DNA from: Antedon mediterranea
Taxonomy: Eukaryota > Animalia > Echinodermata
Direction: 5' to 3'
NCBI RefSeq assembly: GCF_964355755.1
Contig: NC_092670.1
Location: 7,368,201-7,432,200 of the forward strand
DNA length: 64,000 nt
Made by a program: the position numbers and the translations under genes. The notes under the pieces were generated by a model that was given only the letters and a program-made list of their open reading frames with translations, searched no databases and was not told the origin of the DNA. Below, one piece after another: positions 51,001 through 58,041 of the stretch (the stretch's first letter is position 1; the number at the start of each line of letters is the position of its first letter).

Positions 51001-51673
51001 AACAATCACAATTTGGCATGTTAATTAACACCTGCCTGCAAATCCAGAAATTGCTGATTAGAAAGGAAGAGGATGTTGATATTACTTTTTTCTAGCCTAC
51101 TTACTTACTACTACATCAATACAAACACAGTTGAATTGGTATAATAATCAAATACCAGCACAATTAATATAATAATAATATATAATATAGAGGCTATTGA
51201 CACTGTCTGTAGGTTTAGATATGGTTTTAGATATACAGTAGGCCTACCTCTCTTTTTCTGGCTGGCTGGGGGTATGTTTCAATTCTACAATACTTATTAT
51301 AAGATAAGGCTAGGAGGGCCTAGTAGGCCTAGCCTACTAGAGTACAATTCAATAAATATTTCATGTAGGCCCTAGCTAGATATTAATTATTATTTGTTGT
51401 CCTTTTAATATTATACGCTAGGCCTATATGCTATTGCTATAAACAAATATTTATTTAATATTTATTTAATTCTTCTATTATTAAAAGACAACTTTACAAT
51501 ATGGTACTCTACATCAGAGCTGGTGGTAACCAACCAACTTCACACAGTGATTGGCACCGCCCGTTGAGGCATGTCATTACATCATATTCATAAGAAAGAA
51601 GATGGCTCAGCCTACCTCGCCTGTTGAAGGGTCGCACACGGACAGCCACTTTCACTTTGCTCTTTGAAGACAT
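2769..51673 (-). CDS. KIF13: Kinesin-3 family motor, KIF13A/KIF13B (Khc-73) orthologue; multi-exon, 3' end not found in window
   Basis: 33 GT-AG exons assembled by hand with consistent phases (4488 nt, ~1496 aa, no stop). Motifs: [15 protein letters not shown]-loop YGQTGSGKS, switch [10 protein letters not shown], switch II DLAGSER, neck [37 protein letters not shown] domain [18 protein letters not shown]13-type tail. Confidence 0.96.
3103..3924 (-). promoter_or_regulatory. Candidate distant branch point plus 811-nt AG-exclusion zone
   Basis: TTCTAAC (A at 3919), pyrimidine tract, then no CT on the plus strand from 3103 to 3913. Confidence 0.7.
4540..5159. repeat. ~620-bp direct repeat, copy 2
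   Basis: Matches 1914-2560 with scattered substitutions and small indels. Confidence 0.92.
5851..6096 (+). mobile_element. tRNA-derived SINE (Gly-like head), near full length with A-rich tail
   Basis: A box TAGCTTGGTGG, CTTCCAA loop, B box GGTTCAATCC, (AAAT)n tail; homologous copies elsewhere in window. Confidence 0.8.
6741..7297. repeat. Tandem repeat, ~190-bp unit x3
   Basis: ATTGGAGTTTAGAAGACA at ~6741, ~6933, ~7130. Confidence 0.88.
8116..8505. repeat. Tandem duplication, ~205-bp unit x2
   Basis: GGG.ACTGGGA.AC.TGATACCATTATT at 8116 and 8320. Confidence 0.8.
9858..9920 (-). CDS. KIF13: KIF13 exon 32 ([21 protein letters not shown])
   Basis: gacAG acceptor, GTGAGT donor, phase 0-0, open frame. 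Confidence 0.8.
10297..10518 (-). CDS. KIF13: KIF13 exon 31 ([12 protein letters not shown]...[25 protein letters not shown]...)
   Basis: YIEKY..GV.AVE.IL.LDRLRQ motif. Confidence 0.94.
10541..10670. mobile_element. PIF/Harbinger-like MITE, family A
   Basis: TIR AGCT..GTCTACACTATCAAA / TTTGATAGTGTAGACAGAGCT. Confidence 0.8.
10754..10807 (-). CDS. KIF13: KIF13 exon 30 ([18 protein letters not shown])
   Basis: GVTYEIV.NIPK motif. Confidence 0.92.
11365..11580 (-). CDS. KIF13: KIF13 exon 29 ([14 protein letters not shown]...[12 protein letters not shown]...)
   Basis: ASWDSS.H...LNRVT, kinesin-3 tail (DUF3694-like) motif. Confidence 0.94.
12317..12441 (-). CDS. KIF13: KIF13 exon 28 (DDMGAY...NSILPKEHG...)
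   Basis: NSILPKEHG motif. Confidence 0.92.
12557..12686. mobile_element. PIF/Harbinger-like MITE, family A
   Basis: Same TIRs, TAA/TTA flanks. Confidence 0.8.
13040..13286 (+). mobile_element. L2-clade LINE 3' fragment
   Basis: [19 protein letters not shown], then CAGCGCTTAGAA...TATATTAAAT and an (ATT)n tail. Confidence 0.62.
13329..13514 (-). CDS. KIF13: KIF13 exon 27 ([30 protein letters not shown]...LFLDLN)
   Basis: [18 protein letters not shown] motif. Confidence 0.94.
14900..15470. repeat. Minisatellite, 18/15-bp unit (ACAACATAGAAAGAGGTC)
   Basis: About 25-30 degenerate units; explains the QHRKRS, CCDLFL and VVTSF ORFs. Confidence 0.93.
15623..15673 (-). CDS. KIF13: Candidate KIF13 cassette exon, 51 nt ([17 protein letters not shown])
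   Basis: tttacAG|...G|GTAAAG, phase 1-1 matches host intron, CpG-rich Arg codons. Confidence 0.55.
16054..16297 (-). CDS. KIF13: KIF13 exon 26 ([20 protein letters not shown]...KIINKK)
   Basis: LDSYQ..DL.KLR..W motif. Confidence 0.94.
16447..16579 (-). CDS. KIF13: KIF13 exon 25 ([21 protein letters not shown]...GGVFQLRQ)
   Basis: [16 protein letters not shown] motifs. Confidence 0.94.
16804..16970 (-). CDS. KIF13: KIF13 exon 24 ([13 protein letters not shown]...EVWGHR...)
   Basis: V.EEF...LAVEVWGH motif. Confidence 0.93.
17016..17223. mobile_element. PIF/Harbinger-like MITE, family B
   Basis: TIR GCTTGGTTCACACTAG / CTAGTGGGAACCACGC, TAA flanks. Confidence 0.72.
17429..17617 (-). CDS. KIF13: KIF13 exon 23 ([24 protein letters not shown]...)
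   Basis: [10 protein letters not shown] motif. Confidence 0.93.
18205..18366 (-). CDS. KIF13: KIF13 exon 22 ([11 protein letters not shown]...PLCCR)
   Basis: VAGRLHVE motif. Confidence 0.92.
18614..18754 (-). CDS. KIF13: KIF13 exon 21 ([11 protein letters not shown]...PIINQQGE)
   Basis: [20 protein letters not shown] motif. Confidence 0.94.
18979..19165 (+). mobile_element. tRNA-derived SINE, same family as 5851
   Basis: Shared TGCTTGCCTTCCAATCCCAAGGTCC and CCTCAAATGAGACTTAG. Confidence 0.78.
20105..20149 (-). CDS. KIF13: Candidate KIF13 cassette exon, 45 nt ([15 protein letters not shown])
   Basis: tttgctgttcAG|...GAG|GTGATA, phase 0-0, TGCATG downstream. Confidence 0.62.
20438..20591. 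mobile_element. PIF/Harbinger-like MITE, family A
   Basis: Same TIRs, TTA target-site duplication on both sides. Confidence 0.82.
22048..22101 (-). CDS. KIF13: Candidate KIF13 cassette exon, 54 nt ([18 protein letters not shown])
   Basis: cattttAG|...CAG|GTGAAC, phase 0-0, open frame. Confidence 0.62.
23178..23472 (+). mobile_element. Decayed tRNA-derived SINE of a second family (V/Meta-domain-like core)
   Basis: TGGCTGAGCGG A box, GGGTTTGAG B-box remnant, TAAACCATAGGTCC core, AATAAA tail. Confidence 0.5.
23543..23683 (-). CDS. KIF13: KIF13 exon 20 ([38 protein letters not shown]...)
   Basis: QVWS.EKLENK..DMR.LY motif. Confidence 0.94.
24156..24318 (-). CDS. KIF13: KIF13 exon 19 ([13 protein letters not shown]...[15 protein letters not shown])
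   Basis: [23 protein letters not shown] motifs. Confidence 0.94.
24847..25084 (-). CDS. KIF13: KIF13 exon 18 ([11 protein letters not shown]...[13 protein letters not shown]...)
   Basis: [10 protein letters not shown] coiled coil. Confidence 0.92.
25533..25631 (-). CDS. KIF13: KIF13 exon 17 ([10 protein letters not shown]...[17 protein letters not shown])
   Basis: Phase 1-1, DFNYAQ.EV motif. Confidence 0.9.
26081..26187. mobile_element. PIF/Harbinger-like MITE, family A (short copy)
   Basis: GGCTCTGTCTACACTATCAAACT / AGTTTGATAGTGTAAACATAGCC. Confidence 0.78.
26247..26362 (-). CDS. KIF13: KIF13 exon 16 (FHA domain, second part)
   Basis: VNG...[20 protein letters not shown]. Confidence 0.95.
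27137..27276 (-). CDS. KIF13: KIF13 exon 15 (FHA domain, first part)
   Basis: TLVGR...[15 protein letters not shown]. Confidence 0.94.
27735..27869 (-). CDS. KIF13: KIF13 exon 14 ([13 protein letters not shown]...[16 protein letters not shown])
   Basis: Kinesin-3 pre-FHA motif. Confidence 0.95.
28180..28290 (-). CDS. KIF13: KIF13 exon 13 ([18 protein letters not shown]...TWEEKL)
   Basis: Coiled coil 1, TWEEKL motif. Confidence 0.94.
28517..28576 (-). CDS. KIF13: KIF13 exon 12 ([20 protein letters not shown])
   Basis: Neck coil, phase 0-0. Confidence 0.93.
28881..29033 (-). CDS. KIF13: KIF13 exon 11 ([17 protein letters not shown]...NEDPNAK)
   Basis: End of motor domain and neck linker. 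Confidence 0.96.
29973..30084 (-). CDS. KIF13: KIF13 exon 10 ([13 protein letters not shown]...[14 protein letters not shown])
   Basis: PYRDS motif. Confidence 0.96.
30459..30571 (-). CDS. KIF13: KIF13 exon 9 ([19 protein letters not shown]...EGSNINR)
   Basis: Switch II motif. Confidence 0.96.
30871..30926. repeat. (TAAAA)n microsatellite
   Basis: Direct reading. Confidence 0.8.
33177..33200 (-). CDS. KIF13: Candidate KIF13 microexon, 24 nt (DNGEVVSA)
   Basis: tcttatttccAG|...|GTAAGC, phase 0-0, TGCATG ~30 nt downstream. Confidence 0.62.
33267..33719. mobile_element. Non-autonomous TIR element (Harbinger-like)
   Basis: Perfect 19-bp inverted repeat AGGGACTTTATGCATCAGG / CCTGATGCATAAAGTCCCT. 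Confidence 0.8.
35217..35351 (-). CDS. KIF13: KIF13 exon 8 ([31 protein letters not shown]...)
   Basis: Switch I motif. Confidence 0.96.
36243..36378. mobile_element. MITE family B-related, right-end fragment
   Basis: Ends CTAGTGGGAACCAAGCT-TTA. Confidence 0.6.
39254..39338 (-). CDS. KIF13: KIF13 exon 7 ([28 protein letters not shown])
   Basis: Kinesin-3 LRVREH..GPYVDGL motif. Confidence 0.95.
39681..39864 (-). CDS. KIF13: KIF13 exon 6 ([10 protein letters not shown]...[15 protein letters not shown])
   Basis: P-loop and EIYNE motif. Confidence 0.95.
39974..40172 (+). mobile_element. tRNA-derived SINE, diverged copy of 5851 family
   Basis: GTGGAGCTGT..CTTGGTGGTT...CCTCAAATGAGACTT. Confidence 0.72.
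40262..40354 (-). CDS. KIF13: KIF13 exon 5 ([10 protein letters not shown]...[11 protein letters not shown])
   Basis: Start of P-loop, canonical splice sites. Confidence 0.95.
42085..42275 (-). mobile_element. L2-clade LINE 3' fragment
   Basis: [26 protein letters not shown] resembles RSFS..GP.LWN.LP..IR.S.S..F; GGCGCTATAGAAAT tail. Confidence 0.55.
43393..43867. mobile_element. Non-autonomous DNA transposon / foldback element
   Basis: Inverted repeat TTGT.ACAAGTTGTAACCAGGTTTG, CpG-rich interior. Confidence 0.65.
44854..44911 (-). CDS. KIF13: KIF13 exon 4 ([19 protein letters not shown])
   Basis: FxYDHCF motif, canonical splice sites. Confidence 0.92.
45375..45387 (-). CDS. KIF13: KIF13 exon 3, 13-nt microexon (KSKK)
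   Basis: caacAG|CAAATCGAAAAAG|GTGAGT; needed to bridge phase 2 (exon 2) to phase 0 (exon 4). Confidence 0.85.
46638..46682 (-). CDS. KIF13: Candidate KIF13 cassette exon, 45 nt ([15 protein letters not shown])
   Basis: tttttcAG...AG|GTGATA, phase 2-2 matches host intron, open only in a compatible frame. Confidence 0.5.
50088..50193 (+). mobile_element. RTE-clade LINE 3' fragment
   Basis: Translates to [20 protein letters not shown], followed by a (TAAG)n tail. Confidence 0.6.
50113..50393. repeat. Tandem duplication, ~140 bp x2, covering an RTE 3' end
   Basis: GTCACAATGGCAGATAGG at 50113 and 50257. Confidence 0.88.
50508..50592 (-). CDS. KIF13: KIF13 exon 2 ([29 protein letters not shown])
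   Basis: tacAG acceptor, GTAAGT donor, phase 1-2. Confidence 0.92.
51616..51673 (-). CDS. KIF13: KIF13 coding exon 1 ([19 protein letters not shown])
   Basis: ATG at 51673, kinesin N-terminal motif, donor GTAGGC. Confidence 0.93.
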
Positions 51674-51857
51674 GATTGCGTATATAACACATATATTTAT
51701 AATTGGAAAATTAAATCATCATTTTAAAAATATATATCATCCAAGAGATTCCATTTTAGATAATTCCGACAGCAGATACACAGCCAAGAAAACTAGACCA
51801 AAGCCTCCCTTACTTTTTATCTCCGATTGATGTTGTGTTGTGCACACTTGCAGATTC

Positions 51858-51873
51858 TCTCTAGATGGCGCTA
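51858..51873 (+). promoter_or_regulatory. CTCF-like motif between RPL19 3' end and KIF13 start
   Basis: TCTCTAGATGGCGCT resembles the CCASYAGRKGGCGC core. Confidence 0.45.
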
Positions 51874-52638
51874 TAACAAATTATCATCGCCCCCGACAAG
51901 CAGCTTCTTCAGCACATGTCATGTTGTTGGTTGAAAAACTGGGAAAACCCAGGGAAGGTCTTTGGAAAACCCAATTTAATGACTACGGTCCACGGAACAT
52001 TGTCCCTATACATTTGTATTGACCTACGTAGAAAACCATATTGTATTTAATGATGATTCATGAATTTGGTAAATGTAATCTCTTTCCATCACATTATTTA
52101 TGGATGTGGATACACAAACAAATTCCAGTTTGTTGTAGAAATAAAAAGTTACCTACCTATTAATTATAGGAAAAACCAATACAATTGTGAATGTTGTTGT
52201 AGTATCATTTTCATCTACCAATGAAATATTCTCTTCTTCCTTAATGAATACAAAACATTCATTGTGAAGACAACATACTTTCTTCTAAATGATACAAACA
52301 GAAAATCATGTACTGTATCATATTTATTTATCTCAACAAAAAGCCAGCCTGCTATTTTTTATCTTGCCAGACATCATTAAAACTCGCATTTATTTCATGC
52401 TTGAAGTTGTTTTATACTGTCCTATACATAAAACGTGCATCGAGTGGCTGATAAAAATCTAGGTTTGATAAAGGGTAGCCTGAACATACGTGAAAATGAA
52501 ATCAAATATTATGATACTAAATTAACAATATGTACTTATGACTAGGTAATTTTTTTACTTCAGGAATGTTGTCAAATCTAGGCGGTATTTTTGAAACACA
52601 ATAAACAAGCAAAAAAACAAACAAACTTTAGATACAGT

Positions 52639-52649
52639 TTTATTTTATT
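52639..52649 (-). terminator. RPL19 polyadenylation signal (overlapping AATAAA x2)
   Basis: AATAAAATAAA ~120 nt after the stop, followed by a GT-rich tract on the minus strand. Confidence 0.65.
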
Positions 52650-52770
52650 TTTGATTCGCAAACAAATGTTACAGGATTTGAGGAGTATGCCAGACTTGGC
52701 ATCTAGTAATGCCTTGTACAGTGTTCTTCTGCATCTTAAGTTTCTGTTGCTTTTTTCAGATAGTATTCTC

Positions 52771-52882
52771 CTAATCCTCTTTCATGTATGAGCTAAGCAA
52801 CTCATCACGTTTCTGCGTGATACGAGCCTCACGTCTCTTGCGAGCTTCCTTTGTCTTTTGTCTTCTTGCTTCAGCTTGGTCA
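52771..52882 (-). CDS. RPL19: RPL19 exon 5
   Basis: [39 protein letters not shown]. Confidence 0.95.
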
Positions 52883-55800
52883 CTGAAAATAAAAAGAAAA
52901 AAGGATTATATTCACATGAAATTCTAATAAAACTACTGTATATACCAATCTACAGTTAACATTATAGCATTACAGACGAGCGAAAATTGTAAGCAAAAGA
53001 CTCCGTGGCTTTTCCCATTTACACAGCGCGCGGAGTTCGCGAACAGAGTGGTGGAAAGTAGGTGCGTGTAGGCCTCGAGGCTAATGCATGTTACAGTCAC
53101 TGCTGGCCTGGATGTGACTGACTGTCAGTAGGCCTAGCACACACAGGCCTAAGTTTTAGAGGGAATTGTTGCCTAATAATGTACTAAAATGTATATTTTC
53201 TTTTCACTATCCTTATACGAACATTAGTCACGTCGTAGGTGTTTGTATTTCTGAATAAAAAGAAGAAGAAACTATAGGCTAGGCCTACTACGGCACTCTC
53301 GTATTTATTGTCGTCTTTCACTCGACGGACGCAAAAAAAAGTTGTTGATAGATGACGTCATTTCAATCATTGGCCAGAATCCATAATTACCACGCGGTAT
53401 TCTCAAAATCGAATCTGTTTCGATCCTCTGCGGATTTCCGCTCAACCGCTCCGCGTTCTGTGTAAATGGTCGTAAGAAATAACATAGCTCCTATTTTTGC
53501 GTTTTCCGCTCAACTTTACCGTTACCGCTCGTCTGTGTAAATTGGCCTTTATAGGCTGTTATGCCACACTGCCATTCGCAACAAAATACAGAATATTAAA
53601 TCGGTAATTAGCGATCCTGATACTAACAGTTAACATTATAGTAATATATAAGGCTGTTGTGCCACACGTCATTCGCAATAAAATATAGAATGGAAGTATG
53701 TTTCCATATGTGCTTGATCCAAAAATGTGGTAACAATATGTATAGTGCTTCGAGGTCTCACAACATTAAGCTGCTCTATAAATCAAGGATATTATTATAT
53801 CTAAACGGTAACATTAGCATTCCTGATATTGATGTGTTCTGTGCAACCAAGCAGGATTGGGCTGTCCAGATCATTCATTTACACATAGATTGCAATCAGT
53901 TAGGATTACAGTCACTATTCCTGGTCTAAAAAAAAACAAATTGACCAAAACTTACGAAAGGAGTTTGCTTCTGGCATTCTCCGCCTTCTTTCTGTGAATG
54001 TACTCCATGAGTACTCTCTTATTTTTGAAGACATTACCCTTTGACTTGAGGTAAAGTTTGTGATATAAGTGGCGATCGATCTTCTTGTTCTCTCTGTACT
54101 TTCTGAGAAGACGTCGCAGGACACGCATTCTTCGGATCCAGATAACTTTGGTTGGCATACGGGCATTAGCAGTACCTTTTCTTTTACCTAAAATGACAAG
54201 TACATAATAATAAAAATGTTAATGTTTTAGACAATTGTGCCAATCTGACAGTAAAATAAAATAAAATTTGTCAGCTGCTGCTTTTACAGATTTTTTTCCC
54301 TTGATTGACACTAAAGTGTTTAAAGCTCTGCCTACAGTACCCAACTTTATGTGACAAAAATATGTGCCCAAATATGGTAGTGATATGCCCAAATATGGTA
54401 GTGATATGACATCATGAGTAGAAACATGACAAACTCTTGCAAACGTGTTGGATTGTTAACAATTGTAAATGTTTTTTCCGAAATGTATAATAAAATAAAA
54501 TGTTTATATATAAAAAAAACAGTACTGGGTTTGACAAATAGCATTAATTTCGTGAACTGTTTTCCTGGATGATCATACAATAAAAACGGTAATGTTGAGA
54601 GGTGTTTTTCTGAATGATCATACAACGGTACTGAGTTTGACCAGACTTTTGCCTATCCTTGGATAAATCTGATCAGTTTTAATTAATTACACCGAACTTA
54701 CCGTAACCGGTATGACGTCCTTTCCTGCGTGCTTCTGTATTCTTGCGTACCCTGGCTCTGGAGTGCACAACCACAGGCTTTCGAATAATCAAACCATCTT
54801 TGATTAACTTTCGTACATTTTGTCCTGAAACACACAATTTTTACATTAAAAAAACATGAAATGTTTTAATCTAATGTTCTATTACACAAACTATGGCAGA
54901 GAAGTGCCTTAAAGATGTGCTGATGGATGCAGTCTGTACTCCACCACTCAACTCGTGTCTCACTTTTAATGTAATACTTACTTGAATTCGCATTTGCAAT
55001 TTCAGTGATTTCATTTGGATCCAACCAAATCTTGTTTTTGCCACAGTTCAGAACGCTGGAAGCCAGACGCTTCTGCAAACGGAGATTACTGCAAAAAAGA
55101 AAAGTCAAGATATGAAAGTGGTAATATAATATGCACATTATGGAAACAACTCAGGAACTGGAATTATCAATTCATTAAAAATTTGACCTACCATCCACAT
55201 TCCAAAACATTTACTCCTCTTAGACTACCGGATTAGGCCAAGTTGAGCCGCCGCCAGAAAAACATTATTTTCTATGAAACGCCAAATGCTTACTTTCGCC
55301 GGTGCTCGTTTCTATTTATATTAGGCTAATTATTAGATATATCGATGTATATTCCAAAGTTTATATATCACGGTTTTTAGTATATATTATTAAATATTAT
55401 AATTAAAGACTATCTGACTTGTAGATTCCAAAATATAAAGCTTAAAACATGACCGAAAATGATCGTTTTTAGCCAAAAATGACGTAAACATGTTGCCCCC
55501 TCAGGCGGCAGTTGTATGAACTCCTAGGCCTACTCCATTTTTCGGTAAAATAATTGCATAAAATCACCGTTTTTTAGTAAAATATTTTGTGTATTAACAT
55601 TGTAAAATTCAATAAAATATGATATTAAAAGATAGAAAATAAAAAATAATTATTATTTAACCTCATTCGAATAATATCAATACTCTATTAGTTCTGAGAG
55701 ACAACATGATTTTACGTGGTAGGCATACACGCGAGAAAAATATTATGGAGTGCACTGCATTTTTACCTCAATGAAAGATTAAAAACAATTAAATTATTAA

Positions 55801-56677
55801 ATATGACTACTTTCCTTTGCTGTGTTGTTATGGCGGTTCAAACCAACAAAATTGTAGTATGTAATTATTATTTATTTTCATGACCCAATAAACCTAAAGA
55901 CCATGAACTTATGTACTAGGACACCACTCTATCACTACGCGAAATGTCGTAAAAGACGCACTGAGCGTTTCATAGAAATTACCGGCGGCTCAACTGGTCG
56001 GCGGCCCAACCAGTCATATCCCAGACTACCTACCACACAGAAATGTTATGCGATTCAAATGTTCATTGCTTGTTTTTTTTTTCAAATTGTATTTATATTT
56101 TAACCTCACAAAAAATACTGGCAAGGGACCTGCAACCTAGTAGGTAGTAGTAGTATTCCTGGCTAGTAGTAGGCTAGGCTTCTTCAACTCAATTAAATGC
56201 TGTCCCTTTTTTTATAAACTTTACTTTTAGTTTACAAAATCGTGGCGTGCATGATGCAGGAAGCACGAAGACGAAGTGAAAGCTGGTTTATTAATTAAAA
56301 TGGTGGTGGCAAGTGTAGTAAGGCAATGTAATGCACTTTCGTACTATTCTAGGGCCATATCAATTACTTTCAGTTTTGCATCTTTGAGCGACACCTCTTA
56401 TATTATAAGCTAGCCTAAACATCATTGGTTACCCATCATTCACAACCTACCACCCCGACCCGCCTCAAAGACACACACACGAAGTAGACATAAAAAAAGA
56501 ACTCGACTGGCCTAACTTAATGTTCAAAATACAGATAATCGATTTCCCTAAACAGATATGTTTATCAAAAGGATGGATACACAAATGTTATTAGATCAGT
56601 TAGTTTACTAATTTCGACGTCATTTTACACATATAACGTTAAATTAACCTGTATTTTACACACACAACTTACCTCAT
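52771..56677 (-). CDS. RPL19: 60S ribosomal protein L19 (eL19), 192 aa, 5 coding exons
   Basis: join 56673-56677, 54982-55088, 54702-54824, 53956-54187, 52771-52882 gives [28 protein letters not shown]...KGTANARMP...[30 protein letters not shown]...MKED*; all introns GT-AG. Confidence 0.97.
52971..53548. mobile_element. Harbinger-like non-autonomous element in RPL19 intron 4
   Basis: Right end CGCTCGTCTGTGTAAATTGGCC; truncated left end ACAGACGAGCG; internal inverted CCATTTACACAG / CTGTGTAAATGG. Confidence 0.65.
53956..54187 (-). CDS. RPL19: RPL19 exon 4
   Basis: [33 protein letters not shown]... Confidence 0.96.
54324..54417. mobile_element. MITE family A, partial copy in RPL19 intron 3
   Basis: AGCTCTGCCTACA, internal GCCCAAATATGGTAGTGATATG x2. 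Confidence 0.65.
54702..54824 (-). CDS. RPL19: RPL19 exon 3
   Basis: [41 protein letters not shown]. Confidence 0.96.
54982..55088 (-). CDS. RPL19: RPL19 exon 2
   Basis: [35 protein letters not shown]. Confidence 0.96.
56673..56677 (-). CDS. RPL19: RPL19 coding exon 1 (ATG AG)
   Basis: caaaATGAG|GTAAGT, 30 nt after a pyrimidine-rich start. Confidence 0.88.
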
Positions 56678-56681
56678 TTTG

Positions 56682-56710
56682 CCAAGATGGCTGACACGAG
56701 GTAAAAGGAC
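56682..56710 (-). promoter_or_regulatory. RPL19 5'TOP/TCT-type transcription start with YY1-like GCCATCTT
   Basis: Minus strand TCCTTTTACCTC (56709-56698) then GCCATCTTG before the ATG; typical ribosomal-protein promoter layout. Confidence 0.65.
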
Positions 56711-57120
56711 TGACAACTAACCGACCACGTTCAATGGAAAGTAGTACTATTTTTTTACAAATTAAAATGTTATTAATTTATTCTTTATATCATCTGTGAT
56801 GTTTTAAAAATAATTTTTACTTCTCAAGTACTTATATAACTGACATAAATGACGTGCACATAGTAGAAATTAAATGTTTTATTCAGAAATATTATTACGC
56901 ATGATTGTGAAATGGCTATTGTTTATACTAAACGACTGGAAAAAAGTCTAAATGTTATTCTCGAAAATGTATAATTATTGGTGGCGGTGGTGGTGAAGTA
57001 CGATCAGAGCCATATATAAAGAGTTACGACATTGAAAATTAGAAGCCATTTTTGTGTCAAAGAATTCGCACGCTGAGGGCGCGCGCGTCTCTTTTGTATA
57101 GCGTTTTCCTGTAGTTCCAT

Positions 57121-57158
57121 CAAAGATTATATAGCGCCGCTACGCTATACAATCTTTG
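57121..57158. mobile_element. 38-bp palindromic mini-element with 7-bp TSD
   Basis: CAAAGATTATATAGCG-ccgcta-CGCTATACAATCTTTG flanked by GTTCCAT on both sides. Confidence 0.75.
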
Positions 57159-57678
57159 GTTCCATGCATTATTTTTAGATTTTGTTGTCAATGAAATAAC
57201 GCTTAGATTCCGTTTTTATTTTAGTAAATAATGTTATTAATGGTATTAATTTGGTAACATATATATCATTGTGTCTATAATAACAAAAGAATAAATGCTA
57301 GGGCCTACATGCAAGTCAGGATACATCAAAGCATGAACCAATACAAAAAACACACAAATTCACCCCACTTTTTATACAGTATGCTCTCCGTGTGTTTTTG
57401 ATACAAACTTTCCGAGACTCGTTCATCATTTCATTTGTAATAATTTGCCTTTATTATTTTAATATTGTTCATACCTATTCAATATATTAAAAAATATATC
57501 CACGACACTTTATTAGTTTCTTTAGTCATCAAAGCATGCATTATGAATTGAAAATATTACATAATTGTTATTAATAGGACCAAAGAATATAAATAGGTAA
57601 AGAATCAACAGTACGCGCTGTTATACATAGAAGGATAGGAAACGGAACTGTTGTATCTTCTCCTTTTATTATCTTTGA

Positions 57679-58041
57679 TAGGACGTAGCAAAGAACTTAT
57701 AACACAAGAATCTCCTGTTCTTCAATTTGCATTCAAAACACAGTATCGGAAGTACAGGGTTAAAAGGTCAAACTGGGGGACGCCATTTCACAGCATGGAG
57801 CAGCGCCCCCTCCAAACTAGGAAGTCAATTACTCTACCCCCCCTAGAGTATTAGCACAACCCCTCTATGATTTTGACTTTCTAATTTGATGCGGGCGCCC
57901 TACTCCTCAGTCAATTACTCTATCCCCCCTAGAGCATTACTCACAATGGCGCCACCCATAGCTCTATTCTATCCCACAATGCCTTTCGAAATTGTTACGC
58001 GCTTCGGACGAACAGGAGATTCTTGTGTTATAAGTTCTTTG
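57679..58041. mobile_element. 363-bp MITE with 32-bp perfect TIR and 7-bp TSD (P-superfamily-like)
   Basis: CAAAGAACTTATAACACAAGAATCTCCTGTTC at both ends; GACGTAG duplicated at 57672-57678 and 58042-58048. Confidence 0.88.

Noticed and set aside
52700-52771. RPL19 stop-codon read-through
   Set aside because: A second in-frame stop follows five codons later; 192 aa is a normal length for eL19.
52883-56672. Intronic snoRNA in RPL19
   Set aside because: No convincing C/D or H/ACA arrangement seen by eye; a covariance-model scan would be needed.
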